Positions 13,117-25,365 of a stretch of 64,000 bases of DNA are shown here, piece after piece (the stretch's first letter is position 1; each line of letters starts with the position of its first letter). The translations under genes and the position numbers were made by a program. Source of the stretch: Patellaria atrata CBS 101060 (lineage: Eukaryota); NCBI GenBank assembly GCA_010093705.1, contig MU006094.1, positions 471,550 to 535,549 on the forward strand, in the 5' to 3' direction. The notes under the pieces are model-generated. The model made no database searches, was not told the DNA's origin, and worked only from the letters and a program-made list of their open reading frames with translations.

Positions 13117-14264
13117 GATGGACTTGCGCAGCGGTGGAATTCGAATGTGGGATTACGATAGCTAGAGAGGTGAAGTTATCACGACATTTGGATTCTGGCG
13201 AGGCGGGCGAGAACACGTATTTGCATGATGGTGACGATGACGTTTGAGCATGGACACAGTGGATATTTCATGCTTGCGATATTGAGATTGATTGTTTGGT
13301 CAAGCTTTCAGCCTTCTCCGCTGTATATCTCTACTATCGCGACGATGGAATTAAGAAGGCACGTGGAGACTGCTGGTTTCAGCGAAAGTGCTAGTGTAAC
13401 GTCTTTCATATATCTGCATCGTGGTTCCGTAATGCGGCTACCCGTCCGGTAAATAAGGCGGCCGGGTAAAGTCAACTACCTCCACTTTCGGCAGGGAAGG
13501 AGGAGATGTGGGAGAAATACGGTAGAAGAACTTTAAGTACGGAAAAATTGAATGAAGGCGGGATTTTCCAGCGTGGCACACAGGACTTGAGTACTTTGGA
13601 TGCAGAGTCATCCCATCACCTGTCCGAATCCTCGGGCTTACTGAATGACTTTGCAGCGCTAAGTGTTGATACCATTATTAAGTCGAGCTCGTTGGTATAT
13701 ACATTGACTCTAATGTACCGGGTCAGTTGAGCCGCGCATTAATCGGGACTCACAGAAATCCCTCGATATCCTCGAAATCCACATTCTGAAGTTTAGGGCT
13801 ATAAGAAACAGCTACAGGACCTGAAAACAAGCTTTGATAACAGAGCCGCCTTGCGCGATTCCAAACGAATCCTGCCATCTTGCGGTAAAGGGAAACGTTT
13901 GTAAATGGGTTCTACCACCTGTATGGCTTAGTCGACACATACTTGCCGCGTGGATGCAGAGCTGATTGGCCGAGATCAGGATGTTTATCCCCTTGTCCCA
14001 TATTGAGTGGAATCTCACTCCTCCAAAAACCTTACCTGAAAGATTGACATTGCGTTCACGATGCTTGTTAGATCGTGAGCTTGACCGGGGAAGAATGCAG
14101 CATCGCGGCTTGATATTGGCACTTCAGCTATATCATCAATGCTTCTGCCGTGGTCCCATGAAGTGAATCGAGGAAATTGCGGTCTTTGGTCTTCCATCGA
14201 CTTGATAACTATCGGTCAGGAACAAGATAATCCCTGGGTTGGACACTCATTCCCCTTTTCCGCA
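13117..14264. promoter_or_regulatory. Shared divergent promoter region of the lactonase and AA7 oxidase; CGG-triplet cluster at 13435-13470
   Basis: Lies between two divergent start codons. Contains CGG-N8-CCG (13435-13448), CGGGTAAA (13463-13470) and SYGGRG-type sites (~13362, ~13480). All motifs are short and could be chance. Confidence 0.4.
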
Positions 14265-15956
14265 ATGTGGAATTTCATTCAAAAGCCCGTTACCGTTCTG
14301 CTGGCAGCAACTGTTGTCACTGGTAGTCCACAGAACCTGAGACGGGGGGCAATCCACGACTGTTTATCAGCAGCAGAGATCCCACAGGAAATTCCAGGAA
14401 CCGACAATTGGACGCAGGCAATCAAGCCCTACAATATCCGGCTACCATTTACACCTGTTGCGCTCGCTGTACCGGAGACTGTGCAGCATGTTCAAGACGC
14501 CGTCACTTGCGGTAGGGAACTTGGGATCACTATATCTGCTCGATCCGGAGGACACAGTTATGCATCCCACAGCCTTGGAGGAGAAGATGGTCATCTTGTT
14601 ATAGACTTAAAGCTCTTCCATGATATCAAGTTGGACCCGGAAACTGGTATTGCGCAAGTTGGACCAGGAGCTCGACTAGGCAATACAGCTCTTGCTTTAT
14701 GGGAACAAGGGAAGAAAGCCATCAGCCATGGTACCTGTCCAGGGTAAGTCCAAATTCCTAGGGTTGAAGGTTTCATTCTCTGATTCTAAAAAGGGTGGGA
14801 GTGGGTGGACATGTCCTACACGGTGGTTACGGTTTCAGCTCTCACACCAGGGGTCTTGCACTAGATAACCTGGTCGCAGCGGATGTCGTCCTAGCAGACG
14901 GTAGCTTTGTGACTGCTTCTGCTAATGAAAACTGTGATCTATTTTGGGCTCTCAGAGGTGCCGGTGCCTCATTCGGTATTGTGACAAAATTTCACTTTCA
15001 AACTTTTGACGCACCGGAGCAAATCATTATATACTCGCATGATTTGAAATGGCAGACTAAGGACGCTGCTATTACCGGATTCAAGGCGCTCCAGGATTAC
15101 ACTAACATCCAGCCAACTGAAATGAATACGCGGTTACTCATTGCGAGCGGTTATTTTGTTTTATCAGGCGTATACTACGGGACGCAAGAGGGGTATGAAG
15201 CTGCAATCGCTCCATTGCTAGAGAAGGTCGGCACACCGACGAATTCAAGCGTACAGAATTTGGCGTGGATTGACTCTCTTCGGGCGAATGCGCAAGAGCC
15301 CCTGGAAATGCCTCTTGACTATGACTATGTACGAATCCTGCAACCTCCTATTTTGGTTTGAAATTTCACTAACTGTTCGCAGCATTCTAATTTTGTATGA
15401 TAAATAAATCGATGTTAAGCGACTATAAGCTGACTATAACAGTTTGCCAAAAGTTTGATGACAAGATGGGTCACAGATGAAGCGGTCGAAAAGTTTGTTG
15501 ACTATTGGTATGATATTGCGAATTCGAGCAGCATTGTATGAAATACGTCCACCATTTAGAGACGAGCATACTAACGCATATCAGCTTTGGTTCGCTATCA
15601 TTGACTTGCACGGTGGTGTCAATTCAGCTATCACGAAAGTCCCCCACAACGCAACCTCTTACGCTCATCGCTCGGCTACCCTGAAGTATGAATTTAACTC
15701 ACTGGTGTTTCCTGGAGAGACCTACCCTGAGAATGGCATTCCCTTTCTCAATGATTTCGTAGGCACAATTACAGAGACTATGAAGAATGAGACGATTGGC
15801 ATGTATGTAAACTACGCCGATCCGACATTGACCGCAGAGCAAGCCCACAAGGTCTACTGGCTAGACCATTACGAGAGGCTTGCCGAGATCAAGGAAGCTC
15901 TAGACCCAGGGAAGTTGTTCGAGAATCCGCAGGCTATTTTGAGTCCTGAAACATAA
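14265..15956 (+). CDS. Secreted FAD-linked oxidase, BBE-like / CAZy AA7 (gluco-/oligosaccharide oxidase-like), 496 aa, 5 exons
   Basis: Probable signal peptide MWNFIQKPVTVLLAATVVTG. RSGGHSY (FAD-His), HGTCPGVGVGGH (FAD-Cys), DLFWALRGAGASFGIVT and BBE C-terminus YVNYADP...LAEIKEALDP. Exons 14265-14743, 14794-15328, 15383-15394, 15443-15535 and 15585-15956 total 1491 nt in frame. Confidence 0.92.
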
Positions 15957-16208
15957 TTTTGAAGGAAATCCCATTTTGCGGCGTATGGCAGATATTTTAG
16001 TCCCACTCTCTGGTTCCATGAAACCATGCTAGAATATATAGCTCTTCCCAAAAGAAGACTTATATCCTTAAGCCTCTAAGGAAGAAAAGTTCCAGTAGGG
16101 GATCCTGATTTGGCGGGGGTAATTCTCGAGCCGAGTAGAATAGATCGCCACTTTGACAGCTGGACAGCTGGATAGTGAGGCATATTCTCGTTATCATCCT
16201 AGTTCTGG

Positions 16209-16773
16209 CTAATGGTTTAGATTCGTGCCTAATACCCCTATTACAAGCCGGTGGAACTCCCGAACTTTCTCATCCTCCTCTCTTTCATTCTTTAACATGC
16301 GTAGAGCTCGTTTATGCGCTGCATCTCTATTCCAGGTATCCCGTGACGTTCCACCCCGCCCCCTACGATTCCACCGCTCTTGACGCCGCATGAGTTCTTC
16401 TTCCGAAGGTTCACATGTTGCAGTATTTATGTCGCGTAGCTTTGCTCGTAGATGCGGGTTGGAGGCGAGGAGCTCAAGAATTCGAGGGTCCTTATGTACA
16501 CGATGAAGATTATCCAGGGGATGAGCAAGAGGATTCGGTTTGGGAAGGTTGTCTTGCAATGGAACATCCCCTAGAGTCGCTGGAGCTGTGAATTGTGGAA
16601 CTTGCGTCTGCCGGTCTTGATTGCAGTCATGAGATTTGAAACATTTCACGGAACAGCTAGAGAGATCAGCTTAGTTTTTTAGATGCTATGGATTTTCCTT
16701 ACTACTGAATTGAGCACTTCGGGCACTTGTATTTATGAGTATTCTCACTGCAGACTTCACAACTTGCTGACAT
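16209..16773 (-). CDS. HIT1: HIT-type zinc finger protein (Hit1/ZNHIT3-like, snoRNP assembly)
   Basis: MSASCEVCSENTHKYKCPKCSIQY|intron|CSVKCFKSHDC matches the zf-HIT pattern CxxC...YKCPxC...YCSxxCxxxH. Confidence 0.8.
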
Positions 16774-16950
16774 CCTGGATGTATATGAGGAAAGGATGAT
16801 GATGAGCAGAACAGCTCATGATAGATGCGGAGGAGCTGCAGAGAAGGACGAACTTTTTTGACTGAGCTTCAACATCCTCGGCTGGTCTTGGCATCATACC
16901 GCCCATTTTTGACATTACTCTTCTACATTGTTTTATCACTATTGATGACT

Positions 16951-17913
16951 ATGAGTCTGTCTCCGCGCTTTTTGAGACCACTTTCTCGCAATTTGAACTC
17001 GTCAGAGCAATGGACATGCTCGCAATGTTTACGTGCAAGCCGAAACCCATTGGCCCACCGTGAAGCCCGCATTAGTACCCCAAGTCGGAGATACTTGAAC
17101 AACTCTAGTAGCCCTCGAGTGAATATAGCGCCAACTATGGAGCAATTGAGGGCTCCATACAAGAAGAAGAATGCTACACTTCTGTAATTTCGGACTCCTC
17201 CCTCTGTATTAGCCGTCACTCATTCTATACAGATACTATTCGTTGAGCATTATTCTCGGGACAGTTGCTTTGTCATATGGTTCGGTACCTCTCTATAAGA
17301 TGGTACGACGGCATTCCCTAAAATAAATTTAACAGAAGGCTCATTTGACTAACTCGATGACAGATTTGCCAACAGACCGGATGGGGAGGTACACCCGTAA
17401 AAGCTCATTCCTCTTCTACGTCCAGTGACCCTAGCAGCCGCCTGACTCCAGTTCCACTTGAGAGACGCCTCCGGATTACCTTCCATGGCTCTACATCTGA
17501 TGTTCTGCCCTGGAAGTTCGTACCGCAGCAGCGAGAAGTGCGTGTACTTCCCGGCGAAACAGCGTTGGCGTTCTATACCGCTACAAATCTTAGTGATGAG
17601 GATATAATAGGAGTAGCAACATACAGTGTAACTCCGGGACAGGTTGCACCATACTTCAGCAAAATACAATGTTTTTGCTTCGAGGAACAAAGGTTGAATA
17701 AGGGGGAGACTGTAGATATGCCAGTATTCTTTTACATTGATCCTGATTTTGTTAATGATATCAATATGAGAGGGATAGAGACCATTTCATTGAACTATAC
17801 CTTTTTTAGTAGGTCATATTTTTCTGAGCTCTTTGATGAGATATGTACTAATTATCACTCCAGAAGCGAAATATGATAAACAGGGACATTTGAAGCCTGT
17901 TCCACTGAGATAA
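16951..17913 (+). CDS. COX11: Cytochrome c oxidase assembly copper chaperone Cox11, 4 exons
   Basis: Mitochondrial presequence-like N-terminus; YGSVPLYKM|ICQQTGWGG; LPWKFVPQQREVRVLPGETALAFY; APYFSKIQCFCFEEQRL (CFCF copper motif). Introns ~17184-17232, ~17303-17363 and ~17809-17863. Confidence 0.95.
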
Positions 17914-18640
17914 CATACTGTGGCGCATATCTATATTTTACGATGTAAATACTTATTTCGTAAAAAGATACTTTAGGTGCCCTGATTCCCTTCCATTTGA
18001 CACCGCAATGTTATGGCGGCCGAAGTTCAACAAAGGCAGAATCTAACCGTTCGGGTGGAGAAGACCTCCACTAATTATTTATTCTACTAGTGAAGGACAT
18101 ATCGAGAATATTAACCAACTTACCGCATATTGAACAATTATAGGACAATAACATTCTTCCTTCCTGTATGTGGATTCTTGTTAATAAACGCGAAAGACTT
18201 CATATCCTTTCCCCTATTGTGATACTCTTGGGCGACTCTACGGTGGTTCCTAGAGTGGGTCTGAGACCGTATTGTACGAAGTTTCCTAGATTGTAGAAAG
18301 AACTACTGGCTATGCGGAAGGTATACCGTATATATCTTGAAAAGTTCACAAATCTCTAGAATCGATGGTGAGTGGATATGTATTCAGCAAGCGCAGAGTG
18401 ACCGAAAAATGCGAATCGTGGGATGCAGGAATTACCCTCCGCACGTTCTTTCTTTTTGATATTACTACTTTGGACATATATTTACCAATCTCCTGGTGCA
18501 ATGCTTACTCTTTACTCTTGTTCATCAACACATTTTCTATTCTCTTTCCGACCCGTTTCTGCTAGCAATTATCAAGTAGTTTAGCATATTACTGTATTCT
18601 CACTCGCTATTATCCTTTCATTTATATCGTTAAGTTCAAG

Positions 18641-20832
18641 ATGTCTGAAAATCCAACGCACAATCCTTCTGCTAGTCAAGCACGCCAGGACTCCACTATC
18701 ACTGTAGATGGCCCTCTGAAGTCGGAGGCTCCCTCTCAACCAGCCGACCCTTCTGCACCAAATGAACCTGCTCTAGCTACTTCAGACCCGGGAGACGCTA
18801 CTCCTGTAAGTAAATGTCGATCGATAACAAACTTGAATTTCACTGAACGGAATAACTTTTGCAGCGGGGACGCAGAGAACCAGACACATCTGTAGAGGGA
18901 ACCAGTCCGTCGAGACAAGGCCCTACGACGCCTGACCAACATCCAGCGCGCAGCGACCCACCGTATGATCAAGATGATGCAGCTTCACGTAGCAGCTACG
19001 AGACCGCCCGAGAACGCAGGTCTTCGGGCGCAACTATTCTGGATCAACCTAGACCGTTACCCCCTTTCAACCCACCGGCATGGATTACGGAAGGTCGACT
19101 ACCCACACCCCCTTCACTACCAGACCGGAGATTCTCCAGAGATACCTCGCCTCGTGGCTCTCGACCAGCTGAAAGAACGGATGAGACTAGAAGTCCATCG
19201 AGATCACGATTACCCGTGCTATCAAGATCACCCCCGATTGACAGACATCCATCTCCAGGACCTCCCAGACGTCGATCTCCAGGACCACCCAGACGTCGCC
19301 TATCAGCAGTGCAACGTGCAAGCAACGATCTCAATGCAATAATCATTGGCCACCCGTCCATCACACCTACCCAAGAACAAGCTCACCTGAATCCACGGGA
19401 AGAGTTTGACCTGAGAATGGCTGTGATAACCATGATGCCCCAAAATCAACGTCTGAGGGAGGAACTGTACAGCGCGCCTCGACCTCTTGAAGTACCAGAA
19501 ATTTGTCAAGCTCCTGCAGCAGAGCCGCCAGATACGCACTCTGCCAGACGGGTACAGTTCGGTGGACCTTTCGAAGGACGTCCAAGAGCATCTGAAGCAG
19601 GCCCGTCAGGTACGCAGCCTACCAGGCCAGTACCGCTCGGTGAACCTTTCGATCCACGTCCAGGAGCAGAGTCGCTAAATACGCAGTCTTTCAGACTGTC
19701 ACCGCTTGCCGAACCTTTCTTACCACGTTCAAGACCACCTGCGACTTGCTGTGAAACCACTGGGCAGTACGAACACATGAGAGCAAGGTTCAGGGCGCAC
19801 CACCCGAACCCCATACAATTACCGGGTCTCGAAACCGCCGGGCCTTCCCGCAGTACAGCTACAGCTACTCCCGTGACTCCAGCACCCACTACCGCTGAAC
19901 CAGGCACTTTCACCGAACCGAGAACACCGTCCCCGGATACCTCACCGTACCCGCCGCCACCGTCAAGGGGCACACCCGTCAACGTACCATCAGGCGATGA
20001 ATCCGTCCTTGACAATCCCGTCCGTCAGCGTTCTCAAACCGTCACCACCGACGAGAGTCTCCTGAATGACGTCGAACGCTACAGGGACATACAAACCCCT
20101 CCCCCCGTCACCCCTCTCGCGACCCCCTCGCCGGTCCTCTTCCTAACCAACTCGCGCACCGGCGAACTAAGCCCCCTCCCGCACATATACTTCGATCCCA
20201 ACGACGGCCCGACGCAAGAGGAGCAAATGGAAGGCCTGATTCGCCGCCTCACCCGCTTCCGTCTCCGCTACATCCTCGAGTCCCAATACGACGTCCCCGC
20301 CGAGCCCCACGAGGCGCTCACCATTCCCCGCTCGGCGTCGGCTCCGCCCGATTTCCCGCGTCCGCCCTCCCATCCCACCATCGCCGAGTCCGCGAGGGAA
20401 AATAACCGGGAAATTGGAGAGGGGAGCGGTATTCAGCGCCCTCCTATCCTGGACCCGGAAGAGCCGGATCCGAATGATGCGGATGTGTCATCATCGGGGG
20501 ACGAGGGCGATCCGGATTTGCCGATTCCGCAGGGCGATGGGTACGGGGAGCCGATTGCCTCGCCGCCGTTCCATGGAAATATCGGGACGCAGGTGGAGGA
20601 TGATGACGCCGAGGATAACGAGTCGGGCGGGGATCCATTTTATCTGGAAACTGTACCGGCGGCGTTGAATGATATTGAGTTGCAACCGATCAATGCTGGA
20701 GAGAGGTCACCGCCGCCGCCGTATAACGGTCATGTAGGGACTACGATTCCGGTTGAAAAGCCGGGGTTTTGGGCAAGGTTCTGGAGAGGTTTGCGCAACA
20801 TTTGGCGGGGATGTACACATGGAGTTTCGTGA
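18641..20832 (+). CDS. Proline/arginine-rich, probably disordered orphan protein (~710 aa), 2 exons
   Basis: ATG 18641 in good context. Intron 18806-18864 (GTAAGT..CTGAA..CAG) joins it in frame to the 657-codon ORF. No recognisable domain. Ends in SPPPPYNG and KPGFWARFWRGLRNIW. Confidence 0.7.
19251..19298 (+). repeat. 24-bp tandem duplication encoding SPGPPRRR twice
   Basis: atctccaggacctcccagacgtcg followed by atctccaggaccacccagacgtcg. Confidence 0.85.
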
Positions 20833-21101
20833 TGATAGTACCCTTCCGACGACGGAGCATTGATGCTGGTATAGAGATGAAGTGACCTTGTGTAAGTTGA
20901 GATTAGGATATTGTTGCTGCATTCGTTTGATTTTGTGAACAGAAGGACTTGTAGCAAAACACATGCTATTGAAAGTTTTTGTTTTGATTGTTACATGTAA
21001 CTCTATTTCTACTAAGACTATGTCTACCAAAGCAACAACAGACGCTGTTCAAGTCCCGCATCACATGACGCTGTGTTCAACTTCTGGTCTACTTTTTATA
21101 T

Positions 21102-24100
21102 CTAAGAGGGCGGCGTAGCCTTGCTCATGGCGATAAGCCGCTTAACTCCCACCTGCACGTAACACTATCAGCATACGATTTCTTTTGCTAATTGAGATGT
21201 AACAACTCACCATCCAATTGCTTCCCTCATCGTTCTTCGTCGTCATCAAGTTTGTAAACACCGCTTGCGCGGCGTCAAAGTTTCTGCATTGTAAGTGTTG
21301 CACCAGCTCGTTTAATTCCTGTATCGTATCCGGCTTTAAGAGATCTTCATTATTGAGATGGTCAAAAAGGATGTTTAAACGCTTCTCCGTATCGTTGACT
21401 TGCGGTTTGAACGCAGCAGGCGCTCGAGCTTTGATCCGCTGCATATCCGCGCTTAGAATATCGAATATAGGTTGTGAGGTTACCGGGATATGGCTCCGAT
21501 CACCGGAAGCTAAGATAATCAGTTAATATTCAGGTAAGAAAGGAGACCGCCACTTACGATACTTAGATACGGATGTTGATCTTTGAGACTGCGCTGTGCT
21601 AGGTCTCGACTCGGGAGTAGCCCTAGGAGGCGGGCCGGTGCTAGCAGACGGCGGTGGCCCCTTGAAACCTTGGGGTGGGCCTTGGGGTGGCGCTTGCGGA
21701 GGACCTCGAGGAGGTGGACCTTGGCTCATAGGGGGTGGTGCCATAGGTGAGCTGGTTTGAGGAACTGCATAAGGATTTGGAGCAACTTGCCGGGGCGGTG
21801 GAGGCATTGATGCATTTTGCTGTAGGGTTGGTGCCTGTGAACCTGGTGTAGGAGCATATCGGTTTGTAGGTGGTGCGGTAGTTGGGGGAGGATTATAAGG
21901 AGATGCTCCGCGAGGTAGCATTTGCTGCGAGGGAGCGGCAAACCCCTGGGGTAATTGAGGGGGTGCGTAAGCGTTCGCAGCTGAAGATGATGGGCGGTCA
22001 TGTTGAAGATGGGGGACGTGAGATGCTGGGGATGATATTCTGGATGGGCCTTGCGGTGGTCCCTTTGGAGGAGGTGGAGGTGTTGCTCTTTGCTGAGGAG
22101 TAAAAGGTGATGCCATCGGCGGCGTAGAGGTCATGCTAGGTTGGTTTGAGAAGGGTGACGAAACCATACCTGGACCCATTGAAGGCGTTGCGCGTCTTAC
22201 TGGAGGTTTAGCACCGAAATTATCCGGCAGGTCATTCCAGTTTGACATGGAGGTCGCCTTTGATGGTGGAGGATTCGACGGCGATGCAGTCATTCCTCTT
22301 GGAGGTGGCGGAATGATTGATGGCTGGGGAGTCTGATAACCGCCGCCATATGTTTGGGACATAGAAGGTTGCTGAGGCGGCTGATAACCCACAGGTGTAT
22401 AAGATCTAGTGCTAGCAGGTGTGTATGCATTCGAGGTTTGAGATGCAGTTGTGCTGCTATATGGTGATGGTACTGCGGTAGTCATCAGTCCAGGGGCCTG
22501 GGCTGGCTGGAATGTCGAAACAGGAACGGTCCGCTGCGTTCGTTGAGCACCTGTTCCGACAGCAGATGTCTGTCTTTGAGCCGCTTGAGGAGCTGCCTTA
22601 CGAGTAGCGTGTTTCACTCTGTTCCTCGCAACCTCCGCAGCCGGATACTGGGCAGGTAGAAGATCAAGGTATTTCTCCGCAATCTTCAATTGACCGTGAC
22701 TTGCCGCGATTTCCGCATACTCGGTGTACTTCGCGTATAGAGGTTCGAGTTTCCAGTTGGACGGTTGCTCACGTTCTGGGTCTTTAAAATTAGTAACTTG
22801 ACGGAACACGGTAACCTTCTGGATGAAATTTTGCAGTGACTGGACATGAACGGAAAAGCTTGAATCGTTCTCCTTGTTTTCCAGGCCGGCCTTTTCGCTC
22901 TCATCAAGCTCTTGAACCCAGTTAACAACAACTTTTTCAAGTTTAGATCCAGCTAGATAGCAGAAAGATGCATCCTTCCTTAAACTGCTGTTGTCATCGG
23001 CACCCTGGATAGCTTCTTCCAGTCGGTCTCCGAGAGCCTCACAAAGGTCTGGAAATTCTGCCTGATCAGCGAAAGTACACAGCGTGGCCATCACTTCCTT
23101 CCAATTGGAAAGATCGGCGTTATACACCACATCCCATAGGTTCTTCCCAACCACAGAAGCTAAGAGCCGTAAGTAATTTGGTCCCCCTGACCTCTTTCTA
23201 AAGTAAGCAGCTTGAGCCTTGTCAATGCACTTTTGCCCACCACAGATAGCAATCATGAACGCATCTGACAAACGATCTTCTTTGAGACAAATATCCAACG
23301 CTTCGTCAAAAGATCCAAGCATGAGTGCTCTTGTGATATTCTTATCAGCATCAGTTTCTGAACCAGTGCAGATCTGGAACGGATTGTTTGTTTTCGCGCC
23401 CTTGCTAGCAGCTAGATCGGATAGGAAGTTGTCCCCTGAACCAGCATCGTCGAAGAATGAAGACTCGTCCTGGGCCTTTGGAGCTTCATTGGATTTCGTT
23501 GACGCGTCCGCACCTTCACCGTTCGTAGACTGGTCTGAGAATCCAAGGTACTCAACGAGCTTCTTCCTCGCGTTTCCGGAAATCAGAGTTTCGATAACCG
23601 TCCAGTTTGCCTTCTCTTCTTCGGTCTTAGACTCCGAAATCTTGGCCTTGCAGAAACTCGCAAGATCACCTTGCTGTAGAGCTTCTTCGAACTTCACTGT
23701 TGCAGTCCCAACTGACTCATCAACCGTGAAGGTGGAAATGCTCATTTTGGACTTCCGGGAACCCGACTCAGCCGGTGAGAACTTTACAAGCTTGCCGCCG
23801 AACCCAAAGCTGACACCAACGGGCCGTTCTAGCCATTTAGGGGCTTTGTGAAGCGTAAAGGCGGCCCCTTGTGGTTGAGTTTGCGCTTTGGCAAAAAAAT
23901 CCTCTCCGTCGAGTGGTTGATTCGCTGCTGCAGCGCTATGATCCGCCTGTGCATTGGTATTCTGAATGGTTTGAACTCCAATCTTGCCATCAAATGACGC
24001 TGTTGCCAGTAAGCTTGGGTTATGGGGGTTCCACCTTGTTTCGAAGGTCCAATTCGTCACTACTGGAAACTCTCCGTAGGTCTCGCCCGTATGTGGATTC

Positions 24101-25097
24101 CAGCATATTGTCCTGTTATCTTTACCGCACGAGAGGAAAAGATCACTGTCCTGACCGCACCATGACAGGGAAAGAACACCTTGATCGTGAGCTCTTAAAG
24201 TTCGTTCTGGCGCATTAGAGTTTCTAAGATCCCACAGTAAGATCAAAGGGTCTTGATCATTAGGAATCGCTGTGGCAAGCTTCGTGGGCACATCTGGATT
24301 CCACGCTACCGCGCTTACAGCCTTCCGTCCAAAGTTGTTTAACGTTAAGCTCTCTTTTTTTGCCTTAACATCCCAAACTGTGACAAAACCTCCGCTGCTG
24401 CCAGTTACTAGAATATGGGGAACTTTTTTGTTCCAATCCAAAGCTTCAAAGTCGTCTGCACGAGCAGCAGAAGTCCCTAAGCGAAAGGGAGCTGCAGCGT
24501 TTGCCAAATCTGTGATATATAACTCCCCCTTAGCGCCAGCTGATGCGAGCAGGCCATGTCTGAAGGGGTTGAACTGCAGAGCCTTGATTGCGCCGCTGTG
24601 TTTGGATGTTCTTGAGAGGAAGGGATCTCTGCAGACGATTAACAGCTGGAGGAGACGTTTCAAAGGCCACTGTTGTCATACCCGGAATTAGTTCGTAGCT
24701 TTTCTGCATCCCATAGATCTAATGAGCCGCTTTCGAGCCCTCCTGCTATGATACCTCTTGAATGCTCGTCGTTTGGTTGGCTCCATGCAATATCGTGGAA
24801 TCTATTTGTGGATCAAATTAGAAACCGCTCGACACTTGGGAAAAGGAATATTTCTGGTGTAGCAAGGGGTGTACTGAAACTCGCATACCTCGAATCTACA
24901 CTAACAGCTCCTGCAGGCTGAAGCTCCACTGCCTGGTTTGGATCTCCTAATGCCAGGTTCCATATCTCCAGTTGTGTCTCATTCGAGAAGTCCGCATCTA
25001 CTGCGCCAGCGCGAGTTCCAGTAGCTATTAGGGGTGATTGTGCCCCAGGGGACCAAGCGAACGTTGCCGTCCTGGGAATTTCTCGTACGCGGACCAT
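21102..25097 (-). CDS. SEC31: COPII outer coat protein Sec31 (WD40, ACE1, Pro-rich region, C-terminal helical domain), multi-exon
   Basis: [18 protein letters not shown]...[14 protein letters not shown]40 repeats; [34 protein letters not shown]-terminal [15 protein letters not shown]...[18 protein letters not shown]. Confidence 0.96.
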
Positions 25098-25365
25098 GAT
25101 GGGAGGAAGGTTGAAAAATCAAAAACCAGCAAAGGCAGATGAAGGAAAAGACGAAAGTAAGGAAGGAAGAAGTATCAGGGGAATTCTGTGAAATTTGTAT
25201 TGTTCAGAAAATCACTTCCCCATATTGCGTACCTACGCTCTACCTGGTTGATCCTGAACCAGGTGTCCTGTGTGCTCTTGGCGACTTTTCTGAAGTTCGC
25301 ACACGTGATAGTCGCCTTTACATCCTATTTTGACAGCCGCATCAAAAGTTCAACATAAAGTCAAA

